From NCBI GenBank assembly GCA_051362555.1, contig JBPQGU010000016.1, positions 2,666,001 through 2,730,000 on the forward strand: 64,000 nucleotides of DNA, in the 5' to 3' direction. Shown in pieces: positions 50,631 through 64,000 of the stretch. Positions within the stretch are counted from its first letter, which is position 1. The number at the start of each line of letters is the position of its first letter. The notes beneath the pieces were generated by a model. It saw only the letters and a list, made by a program, of their open reading frames with translations, was not told where the DNA came from and did no database searches. The stretch comes from Lingula anatina. Its lineage: Eukaryota; Animalia; Brachiopoda. The position numbers and the translations under genes are program-made.

Positions 50631-51767
50631 TTAATTTTTAAATATATATTTAATTTTTCTTATAAATTTTAAATAATATTTATTTTTAATAATAATATAT
50701 AAAAAAATAAATATTATTAAAAAAGAAATAATAATTGGTACAAATATTTTTTGTAAAAATGTTTTTTTATATTTTATTTCTTGTTTATCTAATTCTTTAT
50801 TATTAAATTCATTAATTAAAATTTTTTTTAAATTTTCAATATGTAAATTTCATTTATCAATATCTTGGTAATTGTTTGGTATTTCTAATTTTTCAATAAT
50901 CTCTTTTTTAAATGTTCCATCAATATTAAAAGTTTTTTCATATTTTGAAATTAAAAAAGATTTTTGATTAAATAATAATTTAATTTTTAATTTTTGATTT
51001 TCATATATTTTTTCAAATTCAATTAATTTAATAAATTGTTCTACTTTTTTTTTGAAATTTAAAAAATTTATATTAATTCAATCAATAAATAAAAATAATT
51101 TTGTTTCAAATTCACTATTATTTGAAGATTCAATATAAATTCCATCATTATTAAATTTTTCTAATAATTTATCAAAAGAACTATCAAACATTTGTGGAAT
51201 TAATAAAAATATTTTTTCATATAATGTATATTTATTAAAAACTTTTTTTGTAAAAAAATTATTATATTTTTTAATATCTTTAATTAATTTTCTATTTTCT
51301 GATTTTTCAAAAAATTTTTTAATAATATTATTAATAAGTGTATTTATTTTTTCTTTGCTATTTTGTAATTGATTTTGAAATACAGTTCAATTTTTACTTA
51401 AATCTAAATTATTATTTTGTAAAATTCCATTTTTATTAAAATTTTTTAATTTTAAAATTACTTCATTATTATTAAAATTAAAAATTTCTGTATTTTGATT
51501 AAAATTATTTTTTTTAAGAAATTTAATTAAATATTTTAATTGTTCTGATTCATTATAATAATTAGAATTTGTTCCACTTAATCAATTATTAAAATTATTA
51601 AAATTATTATTGTTGTTATTGTTGTTGTTGTTTTCGAAACTTTGTTCTACACTTAAAAAATTTTTTGTATTAAATTTATTTTGAAAAAATAAAAAAAATA
51701 CAAAAATAAAACAAAATAAAAAAATTGATAAATTTTTTAAAGTTTTTTTATTAAATATTTGATTCAT
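50631..51767 (-). CDS. Hypothetical membrane protein (378 aa) with poly-Asn tract and N- and C-terminal TM helices
   Basis: Open under code 4 from ATG 51767 to TAA 50631; AAC/AAT run near 51600-51632. Confidence 0.75.
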
Positions 51768-51772
51768 ATTTT

Positions 51773-51848
51773 TGGTGACCTGTAGGAGATTCGAACTCCT
51801 GCATGCTAGATTGAGAACCTAGTGTGTTAACCGCTTCACCAACAGGCC
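51773..51848 (-). tRNA. tRNA-Glu(CTC)
   Basis: Reverse complement GGCCTGT TGGTGAAGCGGTTAACAC A CTAGG TT CTC AA TCTAG ... GAGTTCGAATCTC ... ACCA. Confidence 0.9.
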
Positions 51849-51900
51849 ATATTAAGATATAATTTATATTAATTAAAATATGTTTTTTTTTATTTTCTTA

Positions 51901-53187
51901 TTAAAAAAAACCAGCAATTACTTTTTTATGATTTCTAAGTTTTTTATATGCCTTTGTTTCTATTTGTCTAACACGTTCTCTTGTTAATCTTAATTTTTTA
52001 GATGTTTTATCTAATGTTAATGGTTTAAATTCATATTTACTAATCTCTTTAAACAAAGGGTCTTTTTTATCTAATTTTAAAGTAACATCAACCAATTTAT
52101 CTGATGATTTAACATTATTTCTTTCTTTTGAAAATCTTAATTTTTTAATTAATCTTGAATTTTCAACAAGTTCTAATAAATCTTTTATTGTAACTGGTGG
52201 TTTACCTAATCTAAATCTAATTATTTTTTGTTCTTTAATTGTTAAATATTCTTTTATCATTTCATCAGTTTTTTTACGTAAATGTTCATTATTTACAATT
52301 TCATCTGGTGTAATAACATTTTGATTTTCAATAAAATCACCAAATTCGGTATCTTGTTTTGAATTTATTTTTTTTTCTAAACTTTTAGGATGTAATGCAT
52401 ATTTTTGTATTTTTTTTATTTTTTTTATTGATAAATCACCTCCCATAGCTTTTTGTAATTCTTCATCAGTTGGAACTTTTTGTAATTCTTGTGTTAATAA
52501 TTTTTTAGTTGCAATTAATTTATTAATTGTTTCAATCATATGAACAGGAATACGTACAATTCTTCCTTGATCTGCAATTGATCTTGTTACTGTTTGTCTA
52601 ATTCATCATGTAGCATATGTTGAAAATTTAAAGCCTCTTTTATAATCGAATTTTTCAATTGCTTTAAGTAAACCAAGTTCTCCTTCTTGTCTTAAATCTT
52701 CAAATTTAAGTCCTCTACTTGCATATTTTTTACAAATAGAAACAACTAATTTAAGATTACATCTAATAATAATTTTTTTAACTCTTCTAATTTCAAATTT
52801 ATTTTTTGAATTATCTAAAATTGAAAAATAATGTTGTTCTTGTTCTAAAGTTAATAAATTAGATTTAGAAATTGATTTTCAATTTATTCTTTTTTTTCAA
52901 TTTGAACTTTTATCTTTATTAATATTAAAATCTCATTTTTTTGTTTTAAATCATTGTTTAAGTTCTATTTTTTTTCTATTACTTAACATTTTTTTATTAA
53001 TAAGTTCACTTATTAATAAATTTTTTCAATTAATATTTCAATTACATTTTTTAACTAAAAAATCAATTTCTTTTATTTTGACTTTTTTAATTTTATTATT
53101 TTCAATAAATTTAAAAAAACCAAATGGAAAACCATGTTTTTTTAATAAATATTGAAAATTATTAATATTTTCTTCAAATATATTCAT
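51901..53187 (-). CDS. rpoD: RNA polymerase sigma-70 factor
   Basis: [49 protein letters not shown]. Confidence 0.93.
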
Positions 53188-53278
53188 AAAAAGTTTAGTA
53201 AATATTATTATATATAAAAAAAATAATTATAACATTTAAATTTTAATTTTACTATTATTTTTTTAAAAAAAATATATA

Positions 53279-54178
53279 TTAAAATAAAAATTTTTTTTGT
53301 TCATTAGAATTAAAATATTTTAATAAACTAAACATTTTATATTTAATATAAAAAGATTTTAATTTATTTGAAGAAAAATTATACTTTTTATAAGTTAAAT
53401 TAACATTTAGTTCAATATTTATATTTAAAGTTGCCATTTTTTTTGAAAATAAAGCATTCTTTTTTTCTTTAATTAATAATTCTTTTAATTTACAATCAAT
53501 ATTTTCTAAATTTTTATATATTCCATTAATTGTTTTGTATTTAGAAAGTAAATAAATAGCTTTTTTTGGCCCTATGCCTTTAATTCCTGGTAAATTATCA
53601 CTTGAATCTCCCATCAGTCCTTTTAATTCTGGAATTTGAAATGGTTCAATAAAATAATATTTATAAAAATTATCAAAAGTAATTTTTTTTATATTTTTCA
53701 TTCCTTTTTTTGGCATAAGTAAATTAACGTTGTTATTAACTAATTGTAATAAATCTTTATCACTTGAAACAATATCTACTAAATAATTATTTTTACATGA
53801 TATTTTTGACATTGTACCAATCAAATCATCTGCTTCATAATCATAATCTTCAAAATAATCAATTTCAGCATTTTCTAAAAATTCTTTAAATAATGGTATT
53901 TGTTCAATTAAATCTTTAGGTGTTTTTAATCTTTTTGATTTATAATCTTTAAATTCTTTATGTCTTTTTGTTTGTTTACCTTTATCAAAAAAAACAAAAA
54001 TACGATGATATTTATTATTTTCTCTTAAAAAACTAATCAACATTCTAATCATTGTATAAATTGCATTTGTTGAATTAATACTTGGTTTTTTTAATATACT
54101 TATAGATCCATAATATGCTCTATAAAGTAAAGACATACCATCTATTAATAAAATTTTATTTTTGTTTTTTTCATACAT
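53279..54178 (-). CDS. Stand-alone 5'-3' exonuclease (Pol I N-terminal domain)
   Basis: LLIDGMSL, YEADDLIG, SSDKDLLQ, LMGDSSDNLPGIKGIGPK. Confidence 0.93.
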   Translation of the reverse strand: MYEKNKNKILLIDGMSLLYRAYYGSISILKKPSINSTNAIYTMIRMLISFLRENNKYHRIFVFFDKGKQTKRHKEFKDYKSKRLKTPKDLIEQIPLFKEFLENAEIDYFEDYDYEADDLIGTMSKISCKNNYLVDIVSSDKDLLQLVNNNVNLLMPKKGMKNIKKITFDNFYKYYFIEPFQIPELKGLMGDSSDNLPGIKGIGPKKAIYLLSKYKTINGIYKNLENIDCKLKELLIKEKKNALFSKKMATLNINIELNVNLTYKKYNFSSNKLKSFYIKYKMFSLLKYFNSNEQKKFLF

Positions 54179-54245
54179 TATTAATCATTTAATATTTTAC
54201 TTATTTAAATCTTTTTTATATAATTAAGTTTTTAAATAAAATAAA

Positions 54246-55052
54246 TTAATCTTCCATTCTACATGTAATATATTCCAATGTTAATTTTTCTTTTGGTTGA
54301 GTAAAAATATGACGTGTTTTACCAAATTCAATAATTTTTCCAAGATTCATAAATACTAAATAATCTGAAATTTTTGAAGCTTGTGTTAATGAATGAGTTA
54401 CTAAAATAATTGTATATTTTCTTTTTAATTCAAAAATTAAATTTTCAATTTTTGTTCTTGAAATAGGATCTAAAGCACTTGTTGGTTCATCCATTAAAAT
54501 TACATTTGGTTCATTTACAATACATCTTGCAATACATAATCTTTGTTTTTGACCACCAGATAATGAATCAGCTGGATCATTTAACCTATCCTTTACTTCT
54601 TCTCAAAGATTTACATCTTTTAAAGAATTAATAACTTTATTTTTAATTTCTACTTCAGATAATTTAGAATTAATTTTTAAAGTAAACGCAATATTTTCAA
54701 AAATACTCATTTTAAATGGTGTTGGTTTTTGAAAAACAATACCTACCTCCATTCTTAATTTTTGAATATCAATTGATTTATCAAAAATTGATTTATTTTT
54801 TAATAATATTAAACCTTCATGTTTACAATTTGATTGTAATTCATTTAACCTATTAATTGAACGTAATAAAGTTGATTTACCGCAACCACTAGTTCCTATA
54901 ATAGCAGTAATTTTATTTGTAAATATTTTTAAATTAATATTTTTTAATACTTTATCTTTTAAATTATTTTTTAAATAATAAAAATTAAAATTTTTAAATT
55001 CAATTATTATTTCTTTTTCTTTTAATTTTAAGTTTTCTGTGTTTTCTTTCAT
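54246..55052 (-). CDS. pstB: Phosphate ABC transporter ATPase
   Basis: [40 protein letters not shown]. Confidence 0.95.
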
Positions 55053-55059
55053 GTTATTT

Positions 55060-56889
55060 TTATATTTTAATTTTTTTTAATTTATTTATCATTAAATTTA
55101 AAAAAATTATAACAACTAAAATAATTAAAGCTGTTTGATATATTACATATTGTGTGTTCTCAGAATCCAATGGAGATTCAGAACTCATTAATCAAATATG
55201 TGTTGCTAATGTTCTAGTATCTGAAAACATACCTTTATTAGGCACAAAAGTACTATTACCTAAAACAATTAATAATGGAGCAGATTCTGCAATTATTCTA
55301 TTTATTCCTAAAATTAATGAAATTAATATCCCTTTTAATGCCATAGGAACTATAATTTTTCAAATAACAACTCTTTCTGATAAACCTAAAGCATATGCAG
55401 AATATCTATATGTTTTTGGAATACTTTCTAAATTTTGAATAATTGTTTGAATCATAATTGGCAAAATAATTAAAATCATAGTTAAACCACCTGAAATTAG
55501 TGTAAAACCTAAATTAAAATATGTTACAAATAAAATAAAACCAAACATACCAAATAAAATACCTGGTGTAGATGCTAATTGAATAATAATAAATTTAATA
55601 ATTTTAGATATTTTTCTTAATTTTTTAGAATTATATGAATATTCAGTAATAAAAATAGATGTAAACAAAGCAATAGGAAACGCAAAAATTAATGTAACTG
55701 AAATCAAAATAAATGTACTTAATAAAATACCTAAAATACCATCTTCACCACTAATTAATGATGAACTTTTAAATTCGTATAATACAAAACCTTCTATTCC
55801 ATATCAAAAAATTGAACCAAATAATCATACAAAAATTGAAAAAATTATAATTGAAAACAAATACATATTAAACTTTCTATATAAAATTAAAAATTTATTT
55901 CAATAATATCTAATTATTGGTAATTTATAATTTTTAAATTTTTTTAATAAATTAAAATTTAAAAAATTTATATTAATTTTATTTAATAATTTTTCTTTTT
56001 TTTCAAATTCTTTATTTAAAAATGCAAAAATTAAATTAGAAATTAATACAATTAAAAATAATAAAAATGAAACTAAAAACAATGATGATTCATGTAATTT
56101 ATTGAAATTTTCTTTAAACTCTAAACTAATAATAGTTGTTAAAGTTCTAATTGATGAAAAGAAAAAACCAGAAAAACCATTTTTAAATGAAATAAGTTTT
56201 GCACCACCACCTGAAACCATTGTTAATGCACTTGTTTCTGCTAAAATTCTACAAAATGCAAAAAATATAATAATTCTAATTGATTTTAAACAAATTTTTT
56301 TAACAATATTAAACATAACAACTGTTTTATCATTTCCTAATGCTAAACCAGATAATTCGTTGTTTTTTGAAACATTATCTAATAAATTAACTGTCAATGT
56401 CAATGTTATTGGTAATGCAATTATTGTTAAAACAATAATTGCAGATAACATTGAAGTTTCATCACCTCCTGGTATTAATTTTAATATTGGCCCAACTGAA
56501 AATAGTACAAAAATACCAAATAAAACTGATGGAATACCAGAAAGAACTCTTAATAAAAAAATAACAATTTTCTTTATTTTTTTATTTAAAAATTTTGAAA
56601 TAAAAATAGAAACAAATAAATTAATTTTAATTATTAAAATTATTGAAAAAAATAAAGTTCAAAAAGTAGAAACTATAAAATTACCAATATAAAATTGATC
56701 ATCACTTGGTTTTCATTTGCCACTTGTTAAAAATTCAAATGTTTTTAATCCATGTTTATTTATAAAATAAATTGATTTATAAAAAATAAAAACAACTAAA
56801 GATATTGAAAGTAATATAAAAATAAATGTAAATAAAAAAGAAAAATTCTTTTTTATATCTAAATTATTTTTTAACAAAAATTTATTCAT
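55060..56889 (-). CDS. pstA: Fused phosphate ABC permease PstC-PstA
   Basis: One frame with two permease halves (GIPSVLFG...RILAETSA; STPGILFG...RIIAESAP). Confidence 0.9.
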
Positions 56890-57829
56890 TTAATTCCTTT
56901 CAATTAAAATAAAAACCTAAATTATTTATTCAATTTTTAGTTTTTGTTTTTAAAAAATTTAGAAAATATAAAATTTTTTTTTCATTTTCTTTAAGATAAA
57001 TAGCAATAAATGGTCTTTTAAATTCATAATTTTTTTGAATATATTTTGTATTATTTAATTTTGCAATAAAAATTTTAGAATTTTTATTAATTTTGTTTTT
57101 TTCATTTAATATTTTTGATTTACTAATATAACCAATTGATCCATTTGTACGAAGTATGTATTTTAATATATTTGTTCCTGATTTAAAAACTTTAACATCA
57201 ACATAGTCTTTAGTTTTTAATATTTTTTCTTCAAAACTAGAACGTGTTCCAGAACCCTCTTCTCTATTTATTGGTTTGATTTTAATATTTTTAATTTCAC
57301 ATTTAACATTATCTAATTGATCTCAAACCATTTTTCCATTATAAATTTTTACTATATCTTTTCTATTTAAATTCAATTCATCACCATTTTTTAAAGAACA
57401 TGTTTTTGGCAAATTAACAAGAAAAACAATAATATCATCTAAAATTTTTATTTTTTTAATATCTTTAGAATTAAATTCTGTATCTTCAAATATATTATCT
57501 AATTCTTTATTAGAGTAAAACTTACTTGTAAAACCAATATCAAATCTTTTATTTACAACTCCTCAAGTTGCAGCTGAAGAACCAGAACTAATATATCTAA
57601 AATTTTGAATATTTTCAAAATCTTTTTTATTTATTTTTTTTTCTTCTTTTATTTTTTTAGAAATATTTGTCATTAATGGAAAAACAGATGAAGAACCTCC
57701 AAATGTTAATTTTTGATCTTTAATTAATAAAAAACTAAAAAAAACTCAAATCATAAATAATAAAAATAACAACAAAAATAATGTAATAAATATTTTTTTT
57801 CAATTTTTAAAAAATTTATTATTTTTCAT
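56882..57829 (-). CDS. pstS: Phosphate ABC substrate-binding protein
   Basis: N-terminal TM, GGSSSVFPLM, SGSSAA, NREEGSGTRSSF, FKRPF; absent from the ORF track. Confidence 0.9.
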
Positions 57830-58502
57830 TTCTTATTTTATTTAATTGTTCTAACATCAATTTTGCTGCTTCTTTTTCGGCAATTTTTTTATTACTATTT
57901 GATGCTTTTGTTACAAAATTTTTATATTTACAAGTAATATAAAAATATTTATTTTTTTCAATAGATGTATATAAATTTTTACTTATTTTTTTATCTTTAT
58001 TTTGAATATATTCTTGTAATATTGTTTTATAATCTTTGTTTAAAAATGATTTTTTTCAATTAGGTTTTATTAAATTTTTAATAATAAAATCTTGAGTATA
58101 TTTTAAATCATTAGTATCTAAAAAAATAGCTGCTACAAAAGATTCAAAAATATCTGCTAATATTTTTGATTTTTCTTTTACTAAATCAATATCTTTTAAA
58201 CTTTTACCTAATCTTATATAATTTAAAATACCTAATTTTTTAACAACATTTGAAAAAACATCATTACTTATTAAAAAATTTTTGATAACTGATAATTTAC
58301 CAACTAAATCAATTGAATTTTTATATACATATTCAGTGACTGTAAAATTTATAATACTATCACCTAAAAATTCTAAATTTTCATAATTTGCAATTTTTTT
58401 AGATGATTCATTTGAAAAAGTTGAATGTGTTAAACTTTGAATATAAAAATCAATATTTTTAAATTTAATATTTATTTTTTTTAATAATTTTTCTGTGTTC
58501 AT
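57819..58502 (-). CDS. rnc: Ribonuclease III
   Basis: NYENLEFLGDS, ADIFESFVAAIFLD, dsRBD (KDYKTILQEY...KKIAEKEAAK). Confidence 0.95.
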
Positions 58503-58548
58503 AAAAAATAAAAAAATATAAAATAAATTTTATTAAAGAAATTAAAAA

Positions 58549-58905
58549 TTATTTTTTAATTTCTTTAATTCTTGCATTTTTACCAAAAAGTTTACGTAAA
58601 TAATAAATTTTTGAACGTCTAACTTTTCCTTTTTTAATAATTTTTAAATTTTTTAAAAATGGTGAATTAAAAAAGAAAGATTTTTCAATTGAAATATTAG
58701 ATGATGTTTTTCTAACTATAAAATTTCTACTATTTAAAACACCTTTAATTGAAAGTACTACACCTTCAAAAGATTGAATACGATCTTTTTTACCTTCTGT
58801 AATTAATCATGATACTCTAACTGTATCACCTACATTAAATTTTGGAAACTTATCTTTATCTATTTGTTGAAAATCAACTAATTTTTTTAATAATTTGTAA
58901 TTCAT
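58549..58905 (-). CDS. rplS: 50S ribosomal protein L19
   Basis: FNVGDTVRV, RIQSFEGVV, GKVRRSKIYYLR; absent from the ORF track. Confidence 0.95.
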
Positions 58906-58984
58906 AAAATGTTAAAAATATTTTACCCTAAAAATTATAATATTTATTAAAAATATAATTAAAAAATTTATAATAAATATACAA

Positions 58985-60772
58985 ATGAAATTAAAAAAAA
59001 TTAGAAATTTTTGTGTTATTTCTCACATTAATCATGGTAAATCTACACTTTCAGATCAATTTTTAAATATAACACAAAAATGAAGACATGATAAAAATAA
59101 ACAATTAATGGATTCTATGGAATTAGAAAAGGAACGTGGAATAACAATAAAACTAAATACTGCACAAATAAATTATAAATATAATAATGAAATTTATAAG
59201 CTTAATTTAATTGATACACCAGGACATGTAGATTTTACATATGAAGTTTCTCGTTCTTTAAAAGCATGTGAAGGTGCCATTCTTTTAATTGATGCAGCCA
59301 AAGGGATACAAGCTCAAACAATTTCACATCTTAAAGTTGCAAAAAAATTAAATATGATAATTATTCCTGCAATAAATAAAATTGATTTAAAAACTGTTGC
59401 ACTTGAAAAAATTGAAGTTGAAATAAAAAAAATATTAAATATAAATTCTGATCAAATAAGCTTAATTTCTGCTAAACAAAATATTGGTGTTGAAGATTTA
59501 TTAAAACGTGTAATTAAAGAAATACCAGCACCAATTGGAGATAAAAATAAACCATTAAAAGCACTTATATTTGATGCATATTATGATAAATTTCAAGGTG
59601 CTACAATTTCAATAAGATTAATAGATGGATCTTTAAAGAAAAAAGAAAAAATAAAATTTATTAGTAACAATAAAATTTATGAAATTACAAATATTTGATT
59701 AAAAACACCAGAATTTACAGAAATTAATGAATTAAATGCTGGAGAAGTTGGTGTTATTCAAGGTAATATAAAAAATTTAGATGAAGTTAAAATCGGTGAT
59801 ACAGTAACAAGTGCAGTTAATGGAACAAATGAAGCATTACCTGGTTTTCAAAAATTAAAACCTGTAGTTTTTGCTAATTTTTTTACAAATGATAATCAAG
59901 ATTACAAAGAACTTGAAAAGGCATTAAATAAAATAAGATTAAATGATTCTTCTTTTATTTTTAAAAAAACATCTACAACTGCATTTGGTAATGGATTTCA
60001 TTGTGGTTTTTTAGGATTATTACATCTTGAAATAATTCAAGAAAGAATAATAAGAGAATACAATTTAAATGTAATAACAACAACACCAAGTGTTAAGTAC
60101 AATTTTATAAATACAAAAAATATTAAATTAGAAAATAAAAATTTAAATCAAATCAAAGATTGAGAAAAAATAAAAGAAATAGAAGAACCTATTGCAAAAG
60201 TACAAATATTAACACCAATATTTTGTTTAGGAAATGTTATGGAATTAATAAAAATTAAAAGAGGTAAAAATGTTTTAGAAAAATTTATTTCAAATGAAGA
60301 TATTTTAATATCTGTAAATATACCATTAGCAGAAATAATTATTGATTTTTTTGATAAATTAAAATCAATTTCACATGGTTATGCATCTTTTGATTATGAA
60401 ATAACACATTATGAAAAAAATAAATTATCAAAATTAGAAATATTAATTAATTCAAAAATAGTTGAAGCTTTTTCAAGAATTGTTCCTAATGAAAATGCAT
60501 ATAAAATTGGAAAAGAAGTCTGTGAAAAACTAAAAAAATTAATTCCAAAAGAAAATTTTAAAATATCAATACAAGCTGCTATAAATGGTAAAATTATTGC
60601 AAGAGAAAATATTTCTGCATTAAGAAAAGCAGTTGCAGATAAATGTTATGGTGGAGATATTTCAAGAAAAAGAAAACTTTGAGATAAACAAAAAGAAGGT
60701 AAAAAAAGAATGAAAAAATTTGGAAATGTAACAATTCCGCAAAAGATTTTTCTAGAAATATTAAAAAATTAA
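58985..60772 (+). CDS. lepA: Elongation factor 4 (LepA)
   Basis: [53 protein letters not shown]. Confidence 0.96.
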
Positions 60773-60777
60773 TTATC

Positions 60778-60942
60778 ATGGAAACATTATCAATAATAGG
60801 TATAATTTTTATAATAGTGGGTTTAATATCCTTTATTTTGCTTTTAATTTTTTTTTATATTAAAAGAAAAATAAAGAAAGGAGAAAAAAAAGAAATAAAT
60901 CATGGAAGAAATAAAACAAACAGAAAACTTAAAAACAAATAA
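60778..60942 (+). CDS. Small single-pass membrane protein (54 aa)
   Basis: METLSIIGIIFIIVGLISFILLLIFFYIKRK...; starts 5 nt after lepA and overlaps the next gene. Confidence 0.5.
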   Translation: METLSIIGIIFIIVGLISFILLLIFFYIKRKIKKGEKKEINHGRNKTNRKLKNK

Positions 60943-61726
60943 TTTAGAAAATAATGAAAAAGAAAACTCATATAAGAAAAATATGTTTATTGAAACGGTA
61001 AAAAAAGAAGTAAAAAAAGAAAAATTCAAATTAATTTTAATTTCAATAATAAGTTTCATTTTTTTTGCAATAACAATTGCACTTGGTTCTATTGCATCAG
61101 CAATTAGTTTAGAAAAATTAGAACAAACTAAATTACCAAATAATATATTTTTTCATTGATTACCACAAATTGGATTATCAATAATTTTTTTATGAATTTT
61201 AATAACAAGTTTATTATCACTTTATAAAATTAAACAAGAAGTAAAATATTTTTATTCTGATAATATTTTTTCATTTGATAGAATACCAAATTTTATAAAA
61301 AGTTCTTTTAAAAGAGGTATTGCAATGAAGATATTTTTAAATTGATTTTCAATAGTTTCTTATATTGTAGCTACAATATTTTTATCATTAATAATTTTGA
61401 TAAATGAAACACAAGAAATTGATTTTTTTAATATAACAACATTAGTTATAAAAACAACAGAAACTCAAAAAAATAACTTATATTGAAGTATGATTATAAC
61501 AATAATATATATCATTTCAATAATTATTTTACATATGATTTTTTATATTTTACTTACAAAAAAGAACACAAATTTAAATATATTTTTTGATTTAGAAAAT
61601 AAAATTGATCAAAATCAAATAAAAATATATAAAAGAAATGTTAATATATTTTGTGCTATATTCTTTTTATTTCCATTAATAATTCTTTTTATTGTTTGAT
61701 GAATAAAAAAAAGAAAAAAAAATTAA
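60902..61726 (+). CDS. Hypothetical polytopic membrane protein (Mollicutes-type)
   Basis: Fragments join at TGA; about five hydrophobic segments and a basic tail. Confidence 0.75.
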
Positions 61727-64000
61727 AAATAATTTAAAATAATTTCTTTAATTTTATTTAATTTAAAATTTTTGATTAAACCTTTAAATTTTTTATTTTT
61801 AAAATTACCAGAAAAATTTTCATTAAAATTATTTTTAAAATTTTGTTCTCAATTTAAATTTTTATTTGTTTTATCAATAAAAATTATCTTAAAAAAATCT
61901 GGTTTTAATTCATCTAATAAACAAACAAAATCATATTCTTTTTTCTTTAAATAATCAAATAAAATAATTAAAAAATCATATCTTTCTTTTAAATTAATAG
62001 AAATTTTATGAATTAATATTTTAAAATTATTCTTTAAAATAATATCATTTTTATTCAATTTATATTTATTTATATTGTTTTTAATTTCATTTAATCTTTT
62101 ATTTTTAACATTTTCATTAATTAAATTTTTAAAATTTTCAAATATTTCTTTATAACCAATAAATGTATTAGGAATTTTTTTTAATTTTTTTATTTCTTTA
62201 TTAATATTTAAATCATTTAAATAATTAATTTTATTTTTTAATTCTTTTAATAAATTATTTAAATTATTTAAATAATTTATACTTAATTTTTTAACTTGAT
62301 TATATGTAGTTATTGCATATATTCTGTAAATATTTTTACTTATTGTTTTAAAATCAATAATTCTAAAAGATTCAATTTCTGAAGTATTTAAAACATGTGT
62401 TCCACCACATAACTCAATAGAAAAATCATCAAATTTAACAACTCTAACTTTTGATTTATCATAAAAATCTTCAAAAAAAGACAAAGCACCCATATTTTTA
62501 GATTCTTCTAAAGAAGTAAAAATTATTTCTGATTTTATTTTTTTTTCAATAATTTTATTAATTAATTGTTCAATTTTAATAATTTGATTTTTAAATATTT
62601 TTTTATCTGAATAAAAATCTAATCTTAAATATTTTTCATTGTTAAAAGAACCATTTTGTTTTATTTGATCTGAAATTTGACTTCTTAATAAAGAATGTAA
62701 TAAATGAGTTGAAGAATGATTTTTTCTTGTTAAATCACGTTTTATTTTATCTATTTTTAAAATAACCTCATCACCTACTTTAATTTTATTATTTAGCTTT
62801 ACTTTATGTAAAATTTGATTTCTATTATTAAATTGAACATTAATAACTTGACTTTTTACACCATTTAAAATAATGTTGCCAGTATCAAAATCTTGACCAC
62901 CTTTTTCAGCATAAAATGGAGTTTCTTCAAAAATAACTCATGGTATATTATTTGAAAAATTTATACTTTTTTTATTTTCAAATATACCTAAAATTTTTGT
63001 TTTTAATTCATATTTATTTTCAAAAAATTTTGTAGGTCCTTTACCATTTAAAAATAAAGTTTTTCATTCTTTTTGAAAACTTCATTCTTTTTTATTTGAA
63101 ATTTTTTGATGTTCAGCTCAAAATTTATTAAAAGTTTTAATATCTAATTTAATATTTTGGTTATTTGAAATATTTTTAATAATTTCTAATGGAATTCCAT
63201 ATGATGAAACTAAATTAAAAATTGTTTTTCCATCAATATAACTATTTTTTAATTTTAATAATTCTTTTATTTTTTTATTTTTTAATAATTTAAAAAATAT
63301 TTCTTCTTCATTTTTTATTAATTTTAATATTTCTTTTTCATTTATTTTTAATTCAGGATAAATTTTGCTATATTTTTCAACTACTTTTTCACAAATTTTA
63401 TAAATATTTGGTTCATAAATTTTTAAAAAATAAAATTGTAAACAAGCATTTCGAATTATTCTTCTTAAAATGTAACCTTTTTTATTTTTAAAATTTATTT
63501 CTTTTTTTTCTATTAATAAATCAGAAATCAAAAAAGTAATTGCACGACTATGGTCAAGTATTATCTTTATCTTAATATTTAAATCTTGATTATTTTTTGA
63601 AGATAAATTTATATCTTTATTTAAAATTTTTTTCATTAATTTTAATGAATTATCAAATAAATCAGTTTCAAATGGATTTTCTTTTTTTTGTAAAATTGTT
63701 AAAATTCTTTCTAATCCAGCACCAGTATCAATATTTTTATTTTCTAATAATTTATAATTTTGATTACCTGTATTTACAAATTGTGAAAAAACAACATTTC
63801 AAACTTCTAAGTACCTATCATTTTCAATATCATCTTTTATTAAATTAATACCTTTATTTTTTAAATCATATTTATTACCAAGGTCATAATAAAACTCTAC
63901 ATTAGGACCACATGGACCAACACCTAAATCCCAAAAATTTGTTTTTCTTCCCATTGGAATTAAATGTTTTTCATTAATATTATTTAATTTTTTTAATATA
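61723..64000 (-). CDS. alaS: Alanyl-tRNA synthetase (5' end outside window)
   Basis: FWDLGVGPCGP, IDTGAGLER, LDHSRA, TPFYAEKGGQ, NHSSTHLLH, ELCGGTHV. Confidence 0.96.

Noticed and set aside
55060-56889. PstC-PstA fusion (and the NadD-YqeK fusion) as novelties
   Set aside because: Both fusions are already known from Mollicutes.

Overview
This is a core chromosomal segment of an extremely AT-rich Mollicute (Mycoplasmatota) that uses genetic code 4. In-frame TGA falls at Trp positions, so the supplied ORF fragments join into full genes, and I re-derived gene boundaries by hand on that basis. It holds about 50 mostly housekeeping CDS and 7 tRNAs: rpsT, tyrS, cls, proS, pepA, polC, nusA-infB-rbfA, pnp-rnj-nadD, radC, greA, grpE-dnaK-dnaJ, glyQS, rlmB, lemA, rplU-rpmA, valS, a tyrosine recombinase, argS, arcC, tdk, ybeY, rpoD, a 5'-3' exonuclease, pstS-pstCA-pstB, rnc, rplS, lepA and a partial alaS. 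I saw no CRISPR array, IS element or rRNA. Most notable observations: (1) the hrcA slot of the dnaK operon holds a catalytically degenerate Fic protein with a winged-helix-like tail, behind a perfect sigma70 promoter overlapped by four 12-bp TTGTnnACAA-type repeats, with no CIRCE, which suggests an undescribed chaperone-regulation system; (2) a membrane-anchored or exported RadC-like JAB/JAMM metalloenzyme; (3) a double-glycine-leader peptide gene abutting radC, in a genome that also carries comEC with a single in-frame TAA; (4) a contingency-like locus with five A18 tracts, duplicated poly-A-spacer promoters and a 45-bp-repeat gene put out of frame by its poly-A. All functional claims beyond motif recognition are inference; no searches were run.
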